DNA from: Octopus bimaculoides
Lineage: Eukaryota
Direction: 5' to 3'
Assembly: GCF_001194135.2 (NCBI RefSeq)
Contig: NC_068994.1
Span: forward strand, 37,749,644 to 37,813,643
Length of the DNA stretch: 64,000 nucleotides
Below are positions 53,306 through 64,000 of this stretch, piece by piece (within the stretch, counting starts at the first letter, position 1; each line of letters opens with the position of its first letter). The notes below the pieces were generated by a model that saw only the letters and a list, made by a program, of their open reading frames with translations, was not told where the DNA came from and did not search any database. The position numbers and the translations under genes are program-made.

Positions 53306-53880
53306 CAAGGGTCATCAAACAGGGGTAAATTATCCCAAGTGGGCTAGAAATGAAATTTTTAGAAGTAATGAGGATTTGTTAGACGTAAGTAAAATTATAT
53401 AAAAAAATGTGTTCCTAGTTACAACAAAAATTTTACTTCTTGCATAAAGAGGCAGTCAAAAAGTTGCTGCCTTTTGCAACAACCTACCTTTGCAATCAAA
53501 GATTTATCCAACCCAATGAACATAAAAATAAAGCAGTATAATCGATTGGACCCTGAAGATTGCATCCAAATTGCTCTGGCATCAAAATGCTCCAATTTTG
53601 AAGTAAACATAACGAAAATGAAACAACATTATTTCTCCAAAACCTGAAGTGAAAAGGTTTCTGGAAAAATCCTTTTGTTTCATAATGCGGATATTAATTC
53701 ATTTTATTGCATTTGTTTTATACTTTTTTATATTTGTATTTGTATTCTCCATATAAATAGATTCAATAAAACTTTGAATTCAAAGAATCTATGATTTTCT
53801 TCCTTTCAAATCAAGGGAGTAACATTGAAATAAATAAATAAACTTTGGGGTAATTGGTTAAATAAGTTCCTCGACACCTG
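53306..53880 (+). mobile_element. Non-autonomous hAT (Charlie-like) element, 575 bp, with transposase C-terminal remnant
   Basis: Perfect 8-bp TSD ttttaacc (53298-53305 and 53881-53888). Degenerate TIRs caagggtcatcaaac and gttcctcgacacctg. Translation EAVKKLLPFATTYLC...IKIKQYNRLDPEDCIQIAL resembles the hAT dimerisation domain. Confidence 0.88.
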
Positions 53881-53886
53881 TTTTAA

Positions 53887-54102
53887 CCCTTTAGCAATCA
53901 GATTACTCTGTCAAATGTAATACTTATTTATTCATATTGTTTTGAATTAACCATGCACTATATTCTAGCAAAGAGATTGCAATGATGTGATTGTTTTTAA
54001 AATGACATTGTTGGAAAGGGGTGAGAGGTTATATCTGGTCAGTTTGGGCATTAAACAGGTAGAATATTTGGTCCAGATATGGCCTGTTTAAATGTTAAAT
54101 TG
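53887..54102 (+). mobile_element. piggyBac-like MITE copy
   Basis: TTAA then ccctttagc...aatgttaaattg then TTAA; homologous to 11946-12165. Confidence 0.8.
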
Positions 54103-54126
54103 TTAATGTTACTCTCAACTGAATGT

Positions 54127-54181
<55 letters not shown>

Positions 54182-54823
54182 CTGTTTCTCTCTCTGCGTT
54201 TAAGTGTGTGGGTATGCTTCTCTTTTTATATTTGAGGAAAGGGAATTGTGTTCAGTTAATAAATTGTAATGAATCTCTCCCTTTCTCTCTCTCTCTCTCT
54301 CTTTATATGTAAGAGCATCTAGTTATGGTTGAACATGAAATGCCTCCCCCTCTCTCTTTCTTCATTTCTCTTTCTTTCCCTCTCTCTCCATCTCTCTTTC
54401 TCTCTCACTCTCTCTCTCTCTACTTCTTTTCCCTCTCTCTTTCTCTCCTCTCGCTCTCCATCTCTGTTTTTTTCCCTCCCTCTTTCTCCCCCTCTTTCTA
54501 ATGTATATATTTCTGCATGTATGTGCATGTGTGTATGTGTGGGGAGGGGTATGTGTACATGTGTGCACATGGGTTTCCTTCCAGAGCAAAAATGTGTTAT
54601 TGACAAAACAAGTTGAATGTCCAGTCAGCCAAATCATCAGTATCCAAACAGCCACATTGAATTGTCTCATTCAATTCCAGGAAGAGACATTTAATTCTTC
54701 AGCAAGGTTTTGATATCAGGTTTCAGGATTTTCTAGACAAGTTACTAGCAATAAATAAGCTTCTTAAGGAAAAGATTGATCTCTCATTTTCCTTTTCTTT
54801 TTTTCTTTTTATTTACTGAGCAG

Positions 54824-54892
54824 TGTCTATAATCTTTGCAAGCTCTCCCAGACCAGTGAGATTTATGCCATTAATGTTACTCTTGGACATTT
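54824..54892 (+). other. Possible internal exon of an unidentified host gene
   Basis: A long polypyrimidine tract and cag acceptor, 69 nt with two open frames, then a gtaagt donor. The peptide is not recognised. Confidence 0.3.
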
Positions 54893-55402
54893 GTAAGTCA
54901 ATACCTGCAGAAATTCCAGAATGTTGATGTTCTCGGAAGGAAGGGTTCAGTGTAGTAGGGTCTGGTGGGTTTTTACAAAACAAAATTAATGATAGAAAGA
55001 ATGATGAGTAAGACTGGGATGTTTAAATGGCCGTGGCATGAACTCAACCAGCTCTGAAAAGCAGAAGCCATTATAATAGTACAAATGTAGAGAAAGAAGG
55101 CAGCATACTTGTGGGCCAAAGTTTGGAGCATTCTGTGAGTGACTTGGTTCTAATCAATCAGATGACTTTTTTCAGGATACAGTCTAAGATAACTATGTGT
55201 ACAGTAACTAATCTGTATCAGATATGAGGGTAATCATTGTAGGCCTCACTTGAGCTTTACTTAATATTGCTGAAACTGGAGATAAATATCAGCCCTGCAG
55301 GTGTCATGATCTATTCCCTACCCCATCTCCTTAGCCTCTAACATGGTGGGCAGACCATGTAAACTATCCCACCTGATACCCTCTTCCTTCTGTTCTAGCA
55401 AA

Positions 55403-55630
55403 ATCCTGTTCCGATCTGAATATAAACACCAATTTGTGACAGAAGAATTCTATTCTGGTTTGGACTAAAACACTAGTTTGTGACAGAAAAGTCCCCTTTT
55501 TGGTCTAGACATAAACAGAAATTAGGGACAGAAAAGTTCTGCTCTGGTCTGGGTGTAAACACTAATTTGTTCCAGAAAATGTCTTGTTCTAATCTGATCA
55601 CAAACACCAATTTGTGACAGAAAGATACTG
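55403..55630. repeat. Diverged minisatellite, 44-45-bp period, about 5 units
   Basis: The core aaacaccaatttgtgacagaa recurs at 55424, 55468, 55513, 55557 and 55602. Confidence 0.85.
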
Positions 55631-55804
55631 TTGTCAATATGCTTGGTTCTCTGCTTTGTCTCAAATTGACGTTTATAGTGTCTAATAGCACTTTTATATG
55701 TTTTGAAGAGTATATCTGGTCACTTATTGAACTATTTGGACAATACTTCTGATCAATTGATCAAATATTGAACATTATAGATTTATACATTTGAAATAAC
55801 ATCA

Positions 55805-55960
55805 TGAGGCAAACTAGTAGAATCGTCAAAATATCAGATGAAATGTCATGCAGTATTTGTTCTGGATCTCTGGACTGAGGGTTCAAATCCTGCTGTGCCT
55901 AACTTTGCCTTTCATCCTTCTGAGGTCAATAAATAAAGTTCTAGTCAAATACTAAGAGTA
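55805..55960 (+). mobile_element. Degenerate SINE family D copy
   Basis: gagggttcaaatcctgctgtgcctaactttgcctttcatccttctgaggtcaataaa. Confidence 0.7.
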
Positions 55961-57067
55961 CAATTCTTTTCACTCACTTTCTCGCTTTTTCCCTTTTTCT
56001 TTCTCTCCTCCACTTCTCTCTCTCTCTCTCACTTTCTCTCTCTCTCTCTCACTCTCTCTCTCTCTCCTTTCTTGCTCCTATTTGAAACAGAAAAGTAACA
56101 CCACCCCACTACCACCTTCACTACCTCCACTACTGTCACTCTCAACACCACATCCACAACTGTCATCACCACCTCACCCATCTACATCATGAATATTGTA
56201 ACTACCACCACCACCACCACCATTATCATCACCATCCCCATCCCCACATATTCATCCTCATCAAGATTAGGGCATTAATGTTTTTCATGTAGGCACATAT
56301 GCTTGAATGAACCAGTAACATCTTTTTGGTGCATATATTTCTGATAATTGTGGCCTTAAAACTGATTGCAGTTCCTTATAGTAAGTGTTATAACCAAGAC
56401 GTTTTTCTTAATAACCCAATTAAGTCTACTTTCCTGAATTATAGATAGATGCTGACAACTCATTGCTACTTTATGTGAAATTACTTAAAAATCCTTAGAT
56501 TAAGCTAATGGATTTTCTTGCTTTTTTTTTTTTGGTTTTGGTTTTTGTTCTAAAAAGAAGACATCTACATCTTCGTGAATGTTAAGCCATTGAAATAACC
56601 TATCATTGCAGCATTTCCTCATTATATTAAGGAAACATTATCATACACTCTGCTCCTAAATGTGAACAGCACATGAAACTGTCAGCTGCCTCTAAATGGT
56701 CATGGTTGTTCAAGTTGCTAGAAATAGTTGTCAAATCTCTCTCAGACTACACATCACTATTTTAGGAAAGGACACATTTGATAGTATAGTCCTGGATTCC
56801 ATGCACTTAGGGTGAAGATGGAAGGGCATAGCTGGAATGCTTTTAATCATAAATCTGCTTGATCAAGGATAAGTCAGAGCTAAGCAGCAACATGAACAAG
56901 AAATTTGACTAGAACCGTCAAAGTCACCACAAATTCTAAGTCATGTCATCACTGAGGTTATCTACTGGCAAACCCACAATATAATAAAGCTGGTATCACC
57001 AGATTAGACTTCTTTTTTTCAAATATATATATACATATATATATACATATATATATATATACGTATA

Positions 57068-57282
57068 TGTGATGGGGTGCTGAAAATTTCTTGGCTTTAA
57101 AGGTATTGTGAAAGGCTTTTTCGAGGTCTAACCTTCTGAGTTTTTTTTATAGGGCTTAGAAAAACTTAAGGATAGTTACGATAAGTGTGTGAATCTGAGA
57201 GGGGAATATGTGGAATAAAATCATGATTAACTGATCCTACTGTATTTTCTTTTACACAAAGTCAGGAACATTTCATCACCCC

Positions 57283-57286
<4 letters not shown>
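57068..57286 (+). mobile_element. Mariner-derived internal-deletion MITE, 219 bp, inserted in (TA)n
   Basis: TIRs tgtgatggggtgctgaaaatttcttggcttt and aaagtcaggaacatttcatcaccccctca. The interior retains the transposase end GLEKLKDSYDKCVNLRGEYVE*. Confidence 0.88.
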
Positions 57287-57318
<32 letters not shown>

Positions 57319-57564
57319 TTCCAATCACTTCAGCCCATGTAATGACACATGTGCTTTTCTCAGACTATTCTTTTCCTTCTACCATGACTTTTTCCTCTGT
57401 CCCCTTTCTGACAAAGAGCCGTACTCAGAACATCACAACCCTCATTTTTCCATTTTAAACTTACTCTGAGCATCAACTTAATACATCACTGTGTATGCCC
57501 TTTTGACTTTTGTTGTTTTACCTGTTGTATTTTTGTTTTTATTTTTGATTTACCTATATATGTG

Positions 57565-57609
<45 letters not shown>

Positions 57610-58012
57610 NNNNNNNNNNNNNNNNNNNNNNNNNNNNNNNNNNNNNNNNNNNNNNNNNNNNNNNNNNNNNNNNNNNNNNNNNNNNNNNNNNNNNNNNNNN
57701 NNNNNNNNNNNNNNNNNNNNNNNNNNNNNNNNNNNNNNNNNNNNNNNNNNNNNNNNNNNNNNNNNNNNNNNNNNNNNNNNNNNNNNNNNNNNNNNNNNNN
57801 NNNNNNNNNNNNNNNNNNNNNNNNNNNNNNNNNNNNNNNNNNNNNNNNNNNNNNNNNNNNNNNNNNNNNNNNNNNNNNNNNNNNNNNNNNNNNNNNNNNN
57901 NNNNNNNNNNNNNNNNNNNNNNNNNNNNNNNNNNNNNNNNNNNNNNNNNNNNNNNNNNNNNNNNNNNNNNNNNNNNNNNNNNNNNNNNNNNNNNNNNNNN
58001 NNNNNNNNNNNN

Positions 58013-58052
<40 letters not shown>

Positions 58053-58669
58053 AAAACAGTCTCTGACTGAGGATGACCGTACATAGATCTCAAAGTAAAA
58101 TACGGGAATATAAAAAAATAGCATAGAATGGGGGTACAAAGAGCAAAAAGTTCATTAGAGCACTGACCGTGGAAATACTTATAGAAAAGATACAATAAAG
58201 ATATGTTTCAATGATAAGATAAAAGCTCCAACCTTTTAGAAAAAAGAAGATCCACTATATTAACAGCTCAGTACTGAATTTAATCCAGTAATTCCTTGTG
58301 TCCACCAGTTGTCAAAAAATGGTGAGTAACACACATACACACAGATATCTGTACATATACTTATTTTTATACACATAAATACATACACACACACTCAGAA
58401 GAAATTATGAACTTCCTCGTACAGGCACATGCATACCGACAAAAACGCAAACACACATACATAGACACTTACACACATATATGTATATACTACAAGTTTC
58501 TTAGGTCATTTTGGAGCTATCATAAAAGGTGACATGCAGTAGGATTGAGTCCCAGAACATGTCATTGGAAAGGGAACAACTTAATCACTCAGCCACACCT
58601 GCACTTCCCCCCAGCCATGCCTGTGCCTCTATATGCATGTATGAATGTATGTATGTATGTATGTATGTA

Positions 58670-59508
58670 TGTTATCAATCAGTTTCATTTCTGTATTTCT
58701 TGTCCATAGTGAAAGAGCCGGACTCTAACATAGATTCAAGGCTCCTTCATTGGAACTTTTATCAACATCATCTAGGTATTTGNNNNNNNNNNNNNNNNNN
58801 NNNNNNNNNNNNNNNNNNNNNNNNNNNNNNNNNNNNNNNNNNNNNNNNNNNNNNNNNNNNNNNNNNNNNNNNNNNNNNNNNNNNNNNNNNNNNNNNNNNN
58901 NNNNNNNNNNNNNNNNNNNNNNNNNNNNNNNNNNNNNNNNNNNNNNNNNNNNNNNNNNNNNNNNNNNNNNNNNNNNNNNNNNNNNNNNNNNNNNNNNNNN
59001 NNNNNNNNNNNNNNNNNNNNNNNNNNNNNNNNNNNNNNNNNNNNNNNNNNNNNNNNNNNNNNNNNNNNNNNNNNNNNNNNNNNNNNNNNNNNNNNNNNNN
59101 NNNNNNNNNNNNNNNNNNNNNNNNNNNNNNNNNNNNNNNNNNNNNNNNNNNNNNNNNNNNNNNNNNNNNNNNNNNNNNNNNNNNNNNNNNNNNNNNNNNN
59201 NNNNNNNNNNNNNNNNNNNNNNNNCAGTTCCATTGATGGCTTGAATCTGTAGTCTTCTAATCAGCCTTTTTCTTTCAGGTTTTGAGAACCCTAATTTTTC
59301 CAGGTTTTTGTTGAGGCAGTTCGTTACATATCCCAATGCCCCAACAATCACGGGTATGAATCTGAACTTGTAGTCTGGGTGGAGTATCTGTAAATTTCTC
59401 AGTAGCTCGGCATAGTTGTTCTCTTTTTCTCTAATCTTTAGTGGGATGTTGACATCCGCAGGACAGCTGATTTCTACTACTGTACAGAGTTTCTCTTCTC
59501 TGTCCCAG
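58670..59508 (-). mobile_element. 5'-truncated RLE-type LINE spanning an N gap, flanked by (CATA)n
   Basis: WDREEKLCTVVEISCPADVNIPLKIREKENNYAELLRNLQILHPDYKFRFIPVIVGALGYV...INGT. The 3'UTR at 58670-58782 ends in (ACAT)n. Confidence 0.88.
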
Positions 59509-59551
59509 TATGTATGTATGTATGTATGCATGTGTGTATGTATGTATGTAT

Positions 59552-60283
59552 GTCATTATTCAGTTTTATTTCAAAATTTCTTGCCAATGGAGAAAGAACT
59601 GGTTTCTAACCTAGATCCAACTCTCCTTCATCGGAATTTCAACATCAACAACAGGGTATTTTTGTATGTATGTATACATGCAGACTTTTATATTTTGTTC
59701 TATGTATGTCTTCTCATGTATATAGTTGCATGTCTAGACATGCTCATATATACTTAAATGATAAACTTCTGCAAAGTTTTACAGATTTTTTACAGTTCCA
59801 GTGATGGGCTGGATCTGTAGTCTTTGAATTAGCTTTCTCCTTTCTGGTTTTGAGAAACCTAATTTCTCAAGACTGATATTTAGACAGTGTGTTACATAAC
59901 CCATTGCTCCAATAATTACAGGTATAAACCTGAACATGTAATCTGGATAGAGTAACAGCAGATTTCTCAATAGTTCAGTGTTAGTATTCTCTATGTTACT
60001 TATCTTCAGCTTTAGGTTAACATCCGTTGGGCAGCTGATTTCCACGACTCTTCTCTATCCTGAATCATTATATCAGGTCTGCCCTTCATACATTTTACTG
60101 GGGTATTCACTGGTACATTCCACCAGTTCTCCTCTTTATTATGAGTGGCTGCTATGGCTTCTACCAAACTGTGGGTCCTTATTTCTTTGTCCTCGGAGTT
60201 ATCCTTCTGACGAATTTCATTATAGAGTGCCCTAGCTACGACATCATCTCTCATCAGTAGATAATATTGTGACGATATTTTTA
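59552..60283 (-). mobile_element. Second 5'-truncated RLE-type LINE, head-to-tail with the previous copy, flanked by (CATA)n
   Basis: [19 protein letters not shown]...[26 protein letters not shown]...EISCPTDVN...LRNLLLLYPDYMFRFIPVIIGAMGYV...ITGTVK. The 3'UTR is homologous to 58670-58782. Confidence 0.9.
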
Positions 60284-60812
60284 ATGTATGTATGTATATG
60301 TATGCATGCATGTGTATGTATATACATATATATATACATACATATATATGCATACATACATAAATATATATATACATATATATATGCATACATATATATA
60401 TATATATATACTTATGTATATATATATGTGTGTGTATGTATATATATATGTATATATGCATATGCATATGTATGTATATATATATATATNNNNNNNNNNT
60501 ATATATATATATATACACATACATATACATATACATATATGTATACATACATGTATACATATATATACACACACAGATATACACACATATGTATACACAC
60601 ACACACACACACACATAGAATGGAAGATTATTTACTCACTTGGAAACAGGTACAGGTTAGCATCAGGAAGAATATTCGGCTTTAGAAAACTCTGCCTGAG
60701 CATCCTTTCATCTTACCGATGCAAGCATAAAAATGTAGACATTAATACAATGATGATGATGATGATGATGACAATGATATGTATGTCTGTATGTATATAT
60801 GTATGTATGTAT

Positions 60813-60851
<39 letters not shown>

Positions 60852-61949
60852 TATGCTGGAAATTTCAATAACAGTTGTAAATTAAGTATCATTCCAAATT
60901 TTTTCTGCTTAATATTTTTTACTTATCTTTGATAAAGGGTATAAGCGTAAACATTAAAATCTCTTATTCTTTTCATTGAGCATATTTGTTTTCATTGTAC
61001 ACATTCTTTAATTGTTATTTCTTTAACATTTTTCTACTCTTATTCCACATTTCTGTTTTATCCATCTGTAAGTGTGTGTGTGTGTGTGTGTATACATATA
61101 TGTACATATATACATGTACACATGTATATGTGCATGAGCATGAATATATATATATTCATACATAAACATATAAATATATAAATGTATATATATATATATA
61201 TNNNNNNNNNNNNNNNNNNNNNNNNNNNNNNNNNNNNNNNNNNNNNNNNNNNNNNNNNNNNNNNNNNNNNNNNNNNNNNNNNNNNNNNNNNNNNNNNNNN
61301 NNNNNNNNNNNNNNNNNNNNNNNNNNNNNNNNNNNNNNNNNNNNNNNNNNNNNNNNNNNNNNNNNNNNNNNNNNNNNNNNNNNNNNNNNNNNNNNNNNNN
61401 NNNNNNNNNNNNNNNNNNNNNNNNNNNNNNNNNNNNNNNNNNNNNNNNNNNNNNNNNNNNNNNNNNNNNNNNNNNNNNNNNNNNNNNNNNNNNNNNNNNN
61501 NNNNNNNNNNNNNNNNNNNNNNNNNNNNNNNNNNNNNNNNNNNNNNNNNNNNNNNNNNNNNNNNNNNNNNNNNNNNNNNNNNNNNNNNNNNNNNNNNNAT
61601 ATATATACCATAATATAATATAAATTTGAAAACTGCATTGATTCAAGACTCTACTTCCTTCATCTCTTCTTCAGTATAATGTGTCAACATCTTTATTCCT
61701 TGGAAGTTTCCATTTGATGTCATGATCTTGTGAATTTTAATGTCTATAAAGTAGATTTTCTTTACAGACCAGTCAAGTGTCCCAAATGTATGTATGTTTA
61801 GGCATGCATGTATGTATGCATGTATATATGCATGTTTGTGTGTGGATGTATATATGTGTGTATGCATGTATTATTGATGTGTTTATTTATCTGTTATATT
61901 TATGTACAAAGGCAGCAACCTTGCAGAGTCTGTGTGTGTGTGTGTGTGT

Positions 61950-61989
<40 letters not shown>

Positions 61990-62439
61990 TTGTGTGTGTG
62001 TGTGTACCTGTGAGTCTATGTGTAAACTGCTAAACCAGCATGTCAAGCTGCAAAAGTTTACACCAATGCATAAAAATTTATTTTAGCCGTATGATAAATA
62101 GACATTAATAAAATAAGTATAGGGAATAAGCATGGTATAATTGACTAAAAAACCTTTGATGGGCATCCCCAACTTGGCCACAGTCTAACGACCGTAACTA
62201 GTAAGAGAGATTAAGAATATGGTTTGTAAAAGCCAATCAGTTGACTCCATTCCGTTGACGATACTTGCAAACTTTCTGAGTGTCACTATAATTTTGTAAT
62301 TTGCTTTAAGCAATGTTTTGCAGGTTATAGCCTCGACATTCCTTTTCTAATTTCGGCAGCTAAACATCAGAGAAAGTAATCCGAAGAAACTGATAAATTA
62401 TAAGTTTTGTTATTTGCTTCTTGTTTGAAGAATATCTAT

Positions 62440-62960
62440 ACCTATGTACATGTTTCTGCCTCAGTGTGCGCTTGTGTAGTTGAGTGTGTGTGTGTGTGTG
62501 ATTGTGTGTTTGTGTGTGTGATTGTGTATGCATGTGTATATGTATGTGTGCGTGTGCGTATATGTGTATGTGATTGTGTGATTGTATGTGTGTGTGTGAG
62601 TGGAAGTGTGTGCGAGTAATTGTGTGCATGGATGTGTATGCATGTGCGTGTGCATGTGAGTGTGTGAGTGTGTGAGTGTGTATATGTGACTGTCTGTGTG
62701 TATCCGTGTGCGTGTGATTGCATTTATGTGTGTGTGAAAGTGTTTGTGTGTGCATATGTGTGTATGTGATTGTGGGTGTGTATGTGCATGTGTGTGTGTG
62801 CATATATGTGTATGTGATTGTGTGATTGTGTGTGTGTGTGAGTAATTGTGTGCATGTGTGTGAGTGTGTGTGTGTGTGTGCCCGATTGTATGAGGGTGTG
62901 TGTGTGTGTGTGTGTGCAAGTGTTTGTGTGTGAGTGTGTGTGTATGTGTTCGTGAGTGAT
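62440..62960. repeat. Degenerate (TG)n-rich tract
   Basis: Seen directly. Confidence 0.9.
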
Positions 62961-63456
62961 TCAGGCCCAGTTAGAAAATATTATATACCTGTCGTTCCGA
63001 GGGCTAGTTTTGTTGTACACTGTGTCACCTTAAGTTGTTTGAGTAAATCGTTAAAGGTGGTACCCCAGCAAGGACACTGTCCAAATAAACCTTGAGGGTT
63101 ACATCATGAGTATATGTGGCAGTGCAATGGCCATGCAGGCTAATATAAGGAACCAGTTGTTCATTTGATGGAACAGCTGAATACTGATTAATGAAATTAA
63201 CAGCAGATCCATTTACTTACATGTGTGACAATATGTTTGTATGAGTACAAATGCAAGCACACTCACAATCATATACACATTATAGACATACGCACAGTAT
63301 ATATATGAGTGTATATATGTGTATGTGTGTGTGTATATATGTATGTATACACACACACACAAGTATATATATAGTATAAGGGGTTGTGTATATGTATATG
63401 TATGCATGTATGTATATCTATCTATCTATCTTTCTGTCTGTTTGTCTATCTATCAC

Positions 63457-63500
<44 letters not shown>

Positions 63501-64000
63501 TGTTTACAAATATCCTCTCACAATTCCTACATATACATACACACACACATACATATATATACATATATAAGTATGTGTGTGTTTTCATGGCATGTGTATG
63601 CATGTGTGTCTGTGTATGTATGTGTGTGCATGTGAATTTGTGTATGCTTGTGTCACTGTCATACAAGCAGCATCATTCCTTTCCAATATTCTGCAAAATC
63701 ACGTCTGATTTACCTTGCTTAGAAACAGGTAAGGATTGGCACTGGGAAGGGCATCTACCAAAGAAATTACACGATTCCTCTTATGGTCCTGAATACTATT
63801 TTTGGTTTTGTTTGTTGCAACAACTAACACGTATATACATAATTAAATACATACTTGAATATACACAAGTACAGATTAAAGATAGAAGAAGCTATCAAAC
63901 CATAAAATCTGTCTCAAACTGCACCCTTTTAGCCTATACCAGAAAAGAAAGAAATGAATGAATGATTGAACAAGTGAATATATATATATATATATATATA

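Noticed and set aside
55403-55630. CRISPR-like repeat/spacer appearance
   Set aside because: The 'spacers' are homologous to each other, the repeats are degenerate, there are no cas genes, and the context is eukaryotic.

Overview
Eukaryotic, AT-rich and extremely repeat-dense DNA from a gapped draft assembly with many N runs. The microsatellite load and the SINE/LINE repertoire suggest an octopus (cephalopod) genome; this is inference. No complete protein-coding gene, tRNA, rRNA or CRISPR array can be supported. Nearly all ORFs in the track are translations of microsatellites. Recognisable content: RTE-, CR1- and RLE (R4/Dong-like)-type LINE fragments; a Ty3/Gypsy pol remnant; a full-length 1287-bp mariner with TIRs and TA duplication; hAT, piggyBac-like and mariner MITEs; several tRNA-derived SINE families; and a nest of Penelope-like terminal-repeat remnants. 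Two observations stand out. (1) 5'-truncated RLE-type LINEs sit inside microsatellites with the same motif on both sides, stacked head-to-tail: one group in (CATA)n (3 copies) and another in (TAA)n. This suggests microsatellite-targeting retrotransposons with two specificities. (2) A minimal type-I hammerhead ribozyme motif lies at 14492-14536 (-), with degenerate relatives nearby. A few weak exon candidates may belong to a host gene whose introns cover the window.
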